This document shows, piece after piece, positions 37,604-45,312 of a DNA stretch of 64,000 nucleotides (position 1 is its first letter; each line of letters starts with the position of its first letter). The DNA is from Clostridia bacterium (GTDB lineage: Bacteria > Bacillota > Clostridia > Oscillospirales > CAG-272). The position numbers were made by a program, and so were the translations under genes. Below the pieces are notes generated by a model that searched no databases, had not been told where the DNA came from, and was given only the letters and a program-made list of their open reading frames with translations. The stretch spans positions 2,835 to 66,834 of the forward strand of contig JAFULC010000055.1 of the NCBI GenBank assembly GCA_017483305.1, in the 5' to 3' direction.

Positions 37604-40570
37604 ATGTCAAAAAACAACCTTAACACAACCGTCGAAAATTCGACGATCAAAAAGATCAAAAAGCGTTCCGCGCTCAAAAAGCAACGCTTGGCAATAGCCT
37701 TGATGGTGATTGCCGTGGCTCTGCTTGTCATAGCGCTTATCGCCGTAAATTATTTGGTCGAAATATATACTTATCCCGACGTTGACGGAACGAAGTACTA
37801 TATCAAAAAATTCGACGGCAAATATATGCTTTGCGATAAAAACGGCGAGGTGCTGGACCGAAACACCGACGGTTATTATCAGACCAACGCGGGCACGCAG
37901 GTCAAGATAGACGAAAAGACCGGCGAATACTCGGTATACGCGGTCGTTGACGTTTCGGGCACCGAGGAGGTAGGCTACGCACAGTACGTGCTTATGTTCC
38001 CACAGTGGACCTATGATGCTTACGCCACCAAGGATACCTCCAAGGTCATCAGCTCCATCGAGGTGCACAACGAGTACGGCACCTATACATTCAAAAGACC
38101 GAGCAACAAGAGCAATATTTTCGAGATCGTAGGTCACGAGGATGCTCCTTATAACACAACGCTTTTCGCACAGCTTTCCTCCGCCTGCGGATATACGCTT
38201 TCGTCGATGCGGCTTGAGTCTCCGCTCAGGCTTGAGGACGGCTCGATAGATTACGCCGAGTACGGCTTGGTCAAGGAGACACGTATAGACGAGGAGACAG
38301 GCGAGGAGTACGAATACGAGCCCGCCTGGTTCGTTATAACGAATATGCAGGGCACCAGCCACAAGGTCATCATCGGAGATATGACCGTCAACGGCTCGGG
38401 CTATTACGCGCTCTACGAGGGCAGGGAAACTATATACATTCTGACCTCCTACGGACTTTCCGACACGGTCATGAAGAGCATAGAATCAATGATAACGCCG
38501 ACTATCGTTTATCCTATGGGTATGAATACTCACTTCGACGTTTCAGACTTCATAATATATCAGGACATCGACCACAAGGCGATCCAGCTCGGTCTGGAGG
38601 CAATATACGGCACCGACACCGACAATATGGACGATATCGACCCGGAGAAATTCTGGAAGGATTATATTTCGCTGATGAACTCAAACAGCGACAAGGCATG
38701 TCATTTCTCCTATATTCCCCTCGATCAGCGCACAGGAATGTATCAGTATCTTCCTTACACCTCCGAGCTCGAGTACGCGGACGGATATTATATAAACAGC
38801 GAAAGCGTCTCGAATATGCTGTACAATTTCTATGACACGTCATTTACCGAGGTCATAAAGCTCGCTCCGGATGCGGATGAGCTTGAAAAGTACGGACTTT
38901 CCGACCCCGAATATATCATTTCCTTCAATTATCACACCACCGACGACGAGGGCAAGGATATGCTCGTGCCCAACTTCGTTCAGATCAGCAAAAAGACCGA
39001 GGACGGAGTGTATTACGCTTATTCCGACCTTTACGACATGATCGTCGGAATTCGTGAAAAGAGCCTTTATTTTCTTGAGTGGGATGAGATCGAGTGGTAC
39101 AGCCAAAACTATATCCAGATGGATATCAGCCACATCACCGAGATCTTGATAGAGTCCCCGAAGGTCAATGCCAGCTTCGTGATCGACGATTCCATATCAA
39201 AGTATATGATCTATTCCGAGAGAGTCGGAAATAAGATCAGCGAAGGCAATAATGTGTATAGCATCGTAAAGAACGCCGACGGCAAGTACGTGCTTAAGTG
39301 CAACGGAGAAGATCTTACCGCAACCTACACGGGAGATTATCTGATCACCCCTCTCGTCTATACGAAGGGCGTTGCCGAGGATGCGAGATTTATTTTCGTT
39401 GAAACCAAGGACCACGATCTTGACGGCGACGGAAAGAGCGATGCCACTGCATATTATTTCTATAACCTTGCATACGATCCCGAAAGCGGATATTATCTCT
39501 ACGCGCAGGTATCTGTCGCAGATGACGAGGGTAATGTCCTCGCGTCCGACTTCGTCAAGGGCAAGGCGGCAATGTCCACCGACTTTTTCGTCACTAATAG
39601 CGGATATTTGTATCTGACCGAAAAGACCTCCCACGTGGGTCAGGAGTTGGAAGAAAAATACGCCAAGAACAAGAGGGGAAGCTGGGGATACGGTAGCCTT
39701 TTCATCACTGTAGACGGCAAATACGTGCTCATCAACTCGAAGACGGGCGAATGGAGCGTAATCGACGACCTCTCAAGCGGAATTTACTTCGCCGACGGCC
39801 AAACAAGCCTTTTGGCGCAAGGAGCGGTCGAGATTTCGGCAGCTTACGGCAGCAACGGCAATATAACAAGACACCCCGAGACCTATTACCCCATCACCGA
39901 CAAGAAGCTGCAGTATGACGATGAGTCAGGCGCTCTCCAGGTGTACAACCGAGAAAAAAAGCTCTGGGAAAAAGCAAGCTATAAGGATTGCACCATCGGT
40001 GTGTGGAATACGGGAGCGTATTACGTCACCGAGGGCGGAAATATTATCGTCGTTAACGAGGAAACGGGAAGCTGGGGAGTAGTTGCCGTGGCGACAAACG
40101 AAACCTACGTTGCAAAGGTTATCGCTAACGGCTCGGTTCTCGACTATTATATCAATGCGACCAATTCCGCGGGCAAGGCCGAGGTCTACTCCGCAATGAA
40201 GAACTTCCAGATGCTTTACGGATCTATGCTATACGCTTCGCTTGAGGGCATGGCAGATCTCACCGAAGATGAAATGGCGGCGTTCCGCGCGCTTGACGAC
40301 TCCGAGTGTCAGCTCGTTATTACGATCCGCGCTAAAGATTTGTACGGAAACGAGCGCAATACGGTGTACAGATTCTATCAGTATAGCGAGAGAAAGTCGT
40401 ATATCACCATAGAATCGGTGTATTATGATGAAGCTCTTGGCGAATATGTATCCGACTCCGAAAGGGCTTACGGAAGCTTTTACGTGCTCCGAAGCTATAT
40501 CGACAAAATGATCGCCGATGCACAAAGAGTGCTTGACGGAGAAGAGGTTACTTCGGTTACAAAATATTGA
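37604..40570 (+). CDS. 988-aa single-pass membrane protein, DUF4340-like, much longer than usual for that family
   Basis: N-terminal TM LAIALMVIAVALLVIALIAV. The segment SSIEVHNEYGTYTFKR...FEIVGHEDAPYNTTLFAQLSSACGYTL resembles DUF4340, and the gene sits in the position DUF4340 usually occupies after GldG-like genes. Confidence 0.5.
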   Translation: MSKNNLNTTVENSTIKKIKKRSALKKQRLAIALMVIAVALLVIALIAVNYLVEIYTYPDVDGTKYYIKKFDGKYMLCDKNGEVLDRNTDGYYQTNAGTQVKIDEKTGEYSVYAVVDVSGTEEVGYAQYVLMFPQWTYDAYATKDTSKVISSIEVHNEYGTYTFKRPSNKSNIFEIVGHEDAPYNTTLFAQLSSACGYTLSSMRLESPLRLEDGSIDYAEYGLVKETRIDEETGEEYEYEPAWFVITNMQGTSHKVIIGDMTVNGSGYYALYEGRETIYILTSYGLSDTVMKSIESMITPTIVYPMGMNTHFDVSDFIIYQDIDHKAIQLGLEAIYGTDTDNMDDIDPEKFWKDYISLMNSNSDKACHFSYIPLDQRTGMYQYLPYTSELEYADGYYINSESVSNMLYNFYDTSFTEVIKLAPDADELEKYGLSDPEYIISFNYHTTDDEGKDMLVPNFVQISKKTEDGVYYAYSDLYDMIVGIREKSLYFLEWDEIEWYSQNYIQMDISHITEILIESPKVNASFVIDDSISKYMIYSERVGNKISEGNNVYSIVKNADGKYVLKCNGEDLTATYTGDYLITPLVYTKGVAEDARFIFVETKDHDLDGDGKSDATAYYFYNLAYDPESGYYLYAQVSVADDEGNVLASDFVKGKAAMSTDFFVTNSGYLYLTEKTSHVGQELEEKYAKNKRGSWGYGSLFITVDGKYVLINSKTGEWSVIDDLSSGIYFADGQTSLLAQGAVEISAAYGSNGNITRHPETYYPITDKKLQYDDESGALQVYNREKKLWEKASYKDCTIGVWNTGAYYVTEGGNIIVVNEETGSWGVVAVATNETYVAKVIANGSVLDYYINATNSAGKAEVYSAMKNFQMLYGSMLYASLEGMADLTEDEMAAFRALDDSECQLVITIRAKDLYGNERNTVYRFYQYSERKSYITIESVYYDEALGEYVSDSERAYGSFYVLRSYIDKMIADAQRVLDGEEVTSVTKY

Positions 40571-40581
40571 TATTACCAAAG

Positions 40582-40613
40582 CTAAGCGGTCGGGAATTTG
40601 CCCGACCGCTTAG
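40582..40613 (+). terminator. strong hairpin ending the ABC/GldG operon
   Basis: ctaagcggtcggg-aatttg-cccgaccgcttag, a 13-bp stem with a poor U-tract. Confidence 0.55.
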
Positions 40614-40778
40614 ACCGTAGACAAAGCTGTTCTGCCGCAAGCCAAGAAAAAGCAGAGGCGGAAAGCAGCACAAAAAAGAAAAAGCTCAGAAAATATTGTT
40701 TGCTAAGATGCAATTTTTAAAGTTTTTGTTTCTATTGTGTTAATAAAAAAATAATTTTATAAATTTTGCAAATAAGTG

Positions 40779-40807
40779 TTGACAAGCAAAAGGGTTTGTG
40801 GTATAAT
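40779..40807 (+). promoter_or_regulatory. SigA-type promoter of the tRNA pair
   Basis: TTGACA 40779-40784, 17 nt, TATAAT 40802-40807, preceded by an A/T-rich UP-like tract. Confidence 0.7.
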
Positions 40808-40839
40808 ATCTAAGCGTTCGCAAAACGAACGGAAAATAT

Positions 40840-40916
40840 GGCGGGATAGCTCAGTTGGCTAGAGCAACCGGTTCATACCCGGTAGGTCATGGGTTCAAGT
40901 CCAATTCCCGCTACCA
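40840..40916 (+). tRNA. tRNA with CAU anticodon (elongator Met, or Ile2 if lysidine-modified)
   Basis: Cloverleaf folds by hand: acceptor GGCGGGA/TCCCGCT, D arm GCTC/GAGC, anticodon stem ACCGG/CCGGT with loop TTCATAC, T loop TTCAAGT, encoded CCA. There is no GGG/CCC run in the anticodon stem, so it is not an initiator. Confidence 0.85.
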
Positions 40917-40950
40917 AAATTAAATTTCACTGTTTCAGCAGTGAAATTGC

Positions 40951-41025
40951 GGCCCGTTGGTCAAGCGGTTAAGACACGGCCCTTTCACGGCTGTAACATG
41001 GGTTCGAGTCCCGTACGGGTCACCA
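40951..41025 (+). tRNA. tRNA-Glu (UUC)
   Basis: GGCCCGTTGGTCAAGCGGTTAAGAC...CTTTCAC...GGTTCGAGTCCCGTACGGGTCACCA, close to the Bacillus-type tRNA-Glu as I recall it, with encoded CCA. Confidence 0.9.
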
Positions 41026-41031
41026 GAAAAG

Positions 41032-41059
41032 AAAAAGAGTAGCACCGCTACTCTTTTTC
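41032..41059 (+). terminator. terminator after tRNA-Glu
   Basis: aaaaagagtag-caccg-ctactcttttt. Confidence 0.7.
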
Positions 41060-41100
41060 TTTTTGCGCGATGTGTGCGAGGGATCGAAGCTTTCACCAAA
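41043..41100 (+). repeat. 58-bp outer direct repeat, left copy (right copy 43323-43380)
   Basis: caccgctactctttttctttt...gagggatcgaagctttcaccaaa. Blocks of 21 and 23 nt are identical to the right copy. Confidence 0.85.
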
Positions 41101-41121
41101 CGGCGAAGCCGTTTGTGTAAA

Positions 41122-41147
41122 GGTTCAGATTCCCGTACGGGTCACCA
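41122..41147 (+). repeat. tRNA-Glu 3'-end fragment 1 (att-like)
   Basis: ggttcagattcccgtacgggtcacca. The last 17 nt are identical to the 3' end of the resident tRNA-Glu. Followed by a terminator hairpin at 41151-41183. Confidence 0.85.
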
Positions 41148-41249
41148 AAAACAAAAAAGGAGTGCAGAGCACTCCTTTTTGTTTTTGAAGATCCTGTATC
41201 GGCGCCAATTGAATTCATCGCCAAAAACCGCTTGCGGTTTTTGTGCAAA

Positions 41250-41275
41250 GGTTCAGATTCCCGTACGGGTCACCA
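41250..41275 (+). repeat. tRNA-Glu 3'-end fragment 2 (att-like)
   Basis: Identical 26-mer to fragment 1, followed by a long hairpin at 41281-41336. Confidence 0.85.
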
Positions 41276-41353
41276 AACGTAACAAATCCGAACTATTTCG
41301 TAAATCGAAATTGGTTCAGATTTGTTGTTTACTTTGATTATCCATATTGAAAA

Positions 41354-41392
41354 ATACCGCCGAGAGTAGCCAAATGGTTGCTCTCGGCAATT
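41354..41392 (+). repeat. orphan terminator-like hairpin, inner direct repeat left copy (right copy 43254-43296)
   Basis: ataccgccgagagtagccaaatggttgctctcggc versus ataccgccgagagcgaccaaacggttactctcggc. No gene lies upstream of the left copy. Confidence 0.7.
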
Positions 41393-41435
41393 TTAAACCA
41401 TTGGTTTAATTGATTAGAAATGTATCGAAACACTA

Positions 41436-41464
41436 TTGACAAAAAGTGATTAGATGTGTATAAT
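41436..41464 (+). promoter_or_regulatory. SigA-type promoter of the four-gene cassette
   Basis: TTGACA 41436-41441, 17 nt, TATAAT 41459-41464. Confidence 0.7.
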
Positions 41465-41504
41465 ATCAGTGTAAACAAAAACAACAGAAAGGTGGACATT
41501 CTGC

Positions 41505-41996
41505 ATGAACAAGCAAGAAATATTTAATGGTTTATGGACGATTACCAAAGAAAAGCACGACGCTTGTAACGCGGATGCAGCTTCAGTAGATAAAAGCCAT
41601 CCTACGGAGCGAGGTACTTTGCAATTAAAGTCCGGAATTTATAATGTTGCGATAGCGGCAGGACTTATATCCGGAACAGATCAGGCACTTGAATTGATGA
41701 GCAAAAGATTTAAGAATTTAATCAAACATTTTCCCGAAATTGCAAACTATTATTACGCATTGCCCGAAGATCAAAAAGAACTTATGGAGATTGCGCTCTA
41801 CCCCGAAGTATTCATGAGGGTTAACTTTTATAACACCTATAATACCGATCTTGAGCAAGCAGAAAAGGACGGAAATCCGCAAATAATCTTCAAGGCAAAA
41901 ATCAAAAAAGAAGTGTTGGACGATATTTTGAATATGTGGCGAGATTACAGAATTGAAAAAGATTTATTTGTTTTTGCATTTGACGAGGAGGTATGA
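41505..41996 (+). CDS. hypothetical protein (163 aa), no recognisable domain
   Basis: ATG with AAAGGTGG upstream. AT-rich relative to flanking genes. First gene of a tightly packed operon. Confidence 0.6.
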   Translation: MNKQEIFNGLWTITKEKHDACNADAASVDKSHPTERGTLQLKSGIYNVAIAAGLISGTDQALELMSKRFKNLIKHFPEIANYYYALPEDQKELMEIALYPEVFMRVNFYNTYNTDLEQAEKDGNPQIIFKAKIKKEVLDDILNMWRDYRIEKDLFVFAFDEEV

Positions 41997-41997
41997 T

Positions 41998-42486
41998 ATG
42001 GGGAATTCACGTTTTTTTGAAATTGCGCTTGAAATGATAAATACAGAAACAAAAAAGTTGGAGAACTTTTGTGATGTGTTAGATAAGGATCCAGTTGCAA
42101 AGAAAAATAAAATTGCAGAATACAAATGCGCAAAATACAGATATGCCGGAGCAACAAATGTATGGTGTAGGTTCTTTCACAGCCATCGAGTAGCCGGAAG
42201 AAACGCAGAAACACATTATTTAATTCCTCAATTGAACGATATTTTTATTCTAATACCGGAATATGTAGCACTATATGAAAATGCTCCTGATTGTGAAAAG
42301 CAAGATTATGCGTTGTACTATGGAACCGTTGCATTTGCCGATTCAGAGATTGCGGAACTTAAGGCAAAGTTTGAAAATGCTACCGATTGGCAAAAGATAG
42401 AACTTGAGGAACGCATTGGCGGCTTGGAATTTGCCAAAGAATGTCTTGACGAGGCTTGGCAAAGACGAAAGGACGTGATCGCGTGA
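41998..42486 (+). CDS. hypothetical protein (162 aa), no recognisable domain
   Basis: ATG 41998 lies 1 nt after the previous stop, with GAGGAGG 6 nt upstream. The ORF-track start 41953 would overlap the previous gene and has no SD. Confidence 0.6.
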   Translation: MGNSRFFEIALEMINTETKKLENFCDVLDKDPVAKKNKIAEYKCAKYRYAGATNVWCRFFHSHRVAGRNAETHYLIPQLNDIFILIPEYVALYENAPDCEKQDYALYYGTVAFADSEIAELKAKFENATDWQKIELEERIGGLEFAKECLDEAWQRRKDVIA

Positions 42487-43016
42487 AAGAAAAACTTGAA
42501 CTTTTAAAGCTTCTTGCCGATCAAACGCGCCTTGAAATTCTCAACATTCTTTTGAAAGAAGATTCTTACGTTGAAAAAATCGCTTGCGAGCTGTCTCTAA
42601 CTCCGGCAACCATTTGCTATCACCTCAAAAAAATGGAGTCGGCAGGCGTGGTCAATTGCTCTCGCTCGCAATTCTATATCATCTACTCTCTTAACCGCGA
42701 TATTTTTGAAAAGCCGCTTTATGAGCTGATCAAAAAGGATGACGTGGTAATTGATACCGAGGAAAAATACAAAAAAGAGGTCATTTCCAATTTCTTTAAG
42801 TACGGCAGGCTGACACAGATTCCCACACAACGCAAAAAACGAGAGATCGTATTGTTTGAGATACTAAAGCAGTTTGAAATAGACCGAGAATATGGCGAAA
42901 AAGAGGTCAATGAGATCATTTTGCGCTATCACGAGGATTTTTGTACGATCAGACGTGAAATGATTGCATTCGGTATGATGACCCGAGATCACGAGATATA
43001 TAAGCGAGTAAAATGA
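42483..43016 (+). CDS. ArsR-family winged-helix regulator with DUF2087-like C-terminal domain
   Basis: LLKLLADQTRLEILNILLKEDSYVEKIACELSLTPATICYHLKKMESAGVV is an ArsR HTH. GTG 42483 overlaps the previous stop (GTGA). TTG 42456 is an alternative start. Confidence 0.7.
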   Translation: MKEKLELLKLLADQTRLEILNILLKEDSYVEKIACELSLTPATICYHLKKMESAGVVNCSRSQFYIIYSLNRDIFEKPLYELIKKDDVVIDTEEKYKKEVISNFFKYGRLTQIPTQRKKREIVLFEILKQFEIDREYGEKEVNEIILRYHEDFCTIRREMIAFGMMTRDHEIYKRVK

Positions 43017-43222
43017 AAAATAAAATCCGTATAGGCGAATATATCAAAAAGTACCGCAAGGAACGAGGGCTGTCCCAAACTGCGTTCGGAGAGCTTTTGG
43101 GAGTTAGCGCATTTGCCGTATCCAAATGGGAGCGAGAGCTTTGTTATCCTGATATCTTTTTGCTCCCCGATATTTCTAATCTTATAGGTGTTTCTATAGA
43201 CGAAATGATGAAACAAGAATAA
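43013..43222 (+). CDS. small XRE-family HTH protein (69 aa)
   Basis: RKERGLSQTAFGELLGVSAFAVSKWERE. ATGA overlap with the preceding gene. Confidence 0.75.
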   Translation: MKNKIRIGEYIKKYRKERGLSQTAFGELLGVSAFAVSKWERELCYPDIFLLPDISNLIGVSIDEMMKQE

Positions 43223-43256
43223 ATTGGCTCAAAAGATAATTACGATTAATAATGAT

Positions 43257-43292
43257 ACCGCCGAGAGCGACCAAACGGTTACTCTCGGCGGT
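43257..43292 (+). terminator. terminator of the four-gene cassette (inner direct repeat, right copy)
   Basis: accgccgagag...ctctcggcggt, an 11-bp stem with a T-run shortly after. Confidence 0.7.
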
Positions 43293-43322
43293 GATTCAAT
43301 TTTTTGATTACGGCATATTAAA

Positions 43323-43380
43323 CACCGCTACTCTTTTTCTTTTCTGCAATTTTGTACGAGGGATCGAAGCTTTCACCAAA
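43323..43380 (+). repeat. 58-bp outer direct repeat, right copy
   Basis: See 41043-41100. This copy holds only the 3' half of the tRNA-Glu terminator. Confidence 0.85.
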
Positions 43381-43487
43381 AGCACTTTTCAAAAAATTAA
43401 TACCTAGTTAATAAAATCTTGTTAAAATGTAAAAGATAGGTATATTCGACAATCAAACCGCAATTTAACACCAAGAAAGGGTAGCCT

Positions 43488-44540
43488 ATGGAATTTTTAG
43501 AATTTTGGGGACAAATGACGGCAAATCCGCTCTTGTTTATCGCGGTGACGCTGACACTCGGCGTCATTTTGGTAAACGGCTGGACGGATGCGCCCAACGC
43601 TATTGCCACCTGCGTCGTTACACGGTGTATGCCACCGAAGGCGGCGATACTTATGGCGGCAGTTTTCAATTTCCTCGGAGTTTTCGTAATGACTCAGATC
43701 AGCAACAAGGTTGCGGTGACCATTACAAGCATGGTTCACTTCGGTGAAAACTCAGGAGAAACAATTATTATCGTTTTGTGTGCGGCAATGCTCGCTATCG
43801 TTATCTGGGCAACGCTTGCGTGGGTGTTCGGCATCCCGACCAGCGAAAGCCACGCGCTCATCGCAGGTCTTACGGGCGGTGCAATGGCACTCAACGGACT
43901 TGATGCGATTGTCTGGGGCGAATGGAGCAAGGTGCTCATCGGAATAGTGATCTCGGTCGTGCTCGGCTTCGGTCTGGCTTGGCTGATAGGTAAGCTTGTC
44001 ACGCTGATCTGCTACAAGATGAACAGACCCAAAACAGAGCCGTTTTTCAAGGGCGCACAGATAGTCGGTGCTGCGGCAATGGCTTTCATGCACGGAGCGC
44101 AGGACGGTCAGAAATTTATGGGAATCATTCTCCTTTGCGTGTTTACATTGCAGGGAGCAGGCGTTTCGGCGGCAACCTTCGCGATCCCGACCTGGCTTAT
44201 GGTCGTCTGCTCGCTCGTTATGGCGGCAGGAACGGCAATAGGCGGCAAGAAGATCATCAAATCGGTCGGCATGGACATGGTAAAGCTTGAAAAGTATCAG
44301 GGCTTTTCGGCAGATATCGCATCCGCGATCTCGCTCGTCTTTTGCTCGGTGTTTGGTCTTCCCGTATCCACAACTCACGTAAAGACCACCTCTATTATGG
44401 GTGTCGGTGCGGTCAAGCGCGTATCCGCGATCAACTTCGGCGTCGTAAAGGAAATGGTTATGACCTGGATCCTCACCTTCCCCGGATGCGGACTGCTTGC
44501 ATTCCTTGTAACTAAACTGTTCTTGCTTATATTCAATTAA
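43488..44540 (+). CDS. pit: inorganic phosphate transporter, PiT family
   Basis: GWTDAPNAIATCV and FMHGAQDGQKFMG PHO4 signature pair. 350 aa, polytopic. Confidence 0.9.
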   Translation: MEFLEFWGQMTANPLLFIAVTLTLGVILVNGWTDAPNAIATCVVTRCMPPKAAILMAAVFNFLGVFVMTQISNKVAVTITSMVHFGENSGETIIIVLCAAMLAIVIWATLAWVFGIPTSESHALIAGLTGGAMALNGLDAIVWGEWSKVLIGIVISVVLGFGLAWLIGKLVTLICYKMNRPKTEPFFKGAQIVGAAAMAFMHGAQDGQKFMGIILLCVFTLQGAGVSAATFAIPTWLMVVCSLVMAAGTAIGGKKIIKSVGMDMVKLEKYQGFSADIASAISLVFCSVFGLPVSTTHVKTTSIMGVGAVKRVSAINFGVVKEMVMTWILTFPGCGLLAFLVTKLFLLIFN

Positions 44541-44559
44541 ATGAAAGGAAACTTGTAAA

Positions 44560-45180
44560 ATGGCTAAAGGTGATAAATTATATTACGAAAATTTCGCAGA
44601 GTGCGCCACTCTGGCAAAGAAGGCGGCGGCTTACCTCGTAGAGTGTCTTGAAAATTACGACCACGAAAAGCTCGAGGATATGCTCAGGGAAATGCACACC
44701 TTCGAGCACAGCGCAGATATGAAGAAGCACGAAATGAACGGAATGCTTGCAAAGGCGTTCGTAACTCCCGTCGATCGCGAGGACCTCGATATGCTGAGCC
44801 AGCAGCTCGACACCGTTCTCGATCTTATCGAGGAGGTTCTTCAGAAGCTCTACATTTACAACATCAAGTCCATAGAGCCCGCCGCGATCGATTACGCCAA
44901 GCTCCTTGTCAGAGCTTGCGATATTTTGGGCGAGATCGTTGCCGAATTTGAAAACTTCAAGAAATCGAAAAAGCTTCACTCTCTCATCGTTGCCGCAAAC
45001 GACGTTGAGGAGGAGTGCGACAAGCTTTATCTTGCATCGATGCACGAGCTTACCAAGAATTCAACCGACGTTCTTGCAACTCTGTCTTGGTACAAGATAT
45101 ACGATTGCTTCGAGGCTTGCTCGGATGCCTGCGAGCACGTCAGCGAATGCGTCGGCTCTATCGTAATGAAGAATACATGA
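44560..45180 (+). CDS. DUF47 / PhoU-like Pit accessory protein
   Basis: 206 aa helical protein with the HxxEHxADxxxH pattern, in the conserved pairing downstream of pit. Confidence 0.8.
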   Translation: MAKGDKLYYENFAECATLAKKAAAYLVECLENYDHEKLEDMLREMHTFEHSADMKKHEMNGMLAKAFVTPVDREDLDMLSQQLDTVLDLIEEVLQKLYIYNIKSIEPAAIDYAKLLVRACDILGEIVAEFENFKKSKKLHSLIVAANDVEEECDKLYLASMHELTKNSTDVLATLSWYKIYDCFEACSDACEHVSECVGSIVMKNT

Positions 45181-45186
45181 TTATTC

Positions 45187-45225
45187 AAAGAGTGCATATT
45201 CGTTTGGATATGCGCTCTTTTATTT
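45187..45225 (+). terminator. rho-independent terminator
   Basis: aaagagtgcatat-tcgtttgg-atatgcgctcttt plus T-run. Confidence 0.7.
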
Positions 45226-45312
45226 TATAAAACCGCTCTGCACACTTGCGCTCGGAGCAAGTTTATGGTAAAATAAAACAAGCCACATCTGAAAAATCGA
45301 GGTTTATAAATT

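Noticed and set aside
40957-41337. 126-aa ORF starting inside tRNA-Glu
   Set aside because: It is composed of the tRNA gene, its terminator and the att-like fragment modules. It has no SD.
41101-43322. Calling the tRNA-Glu islet an intact mobile element (prophage, ICE or IS)
   Set aside because: No integrase, transposase, recombinase or terminal inverted repeats are visible. Only direct repeats and att-like scars remain, so it is at most a decayed remnant.
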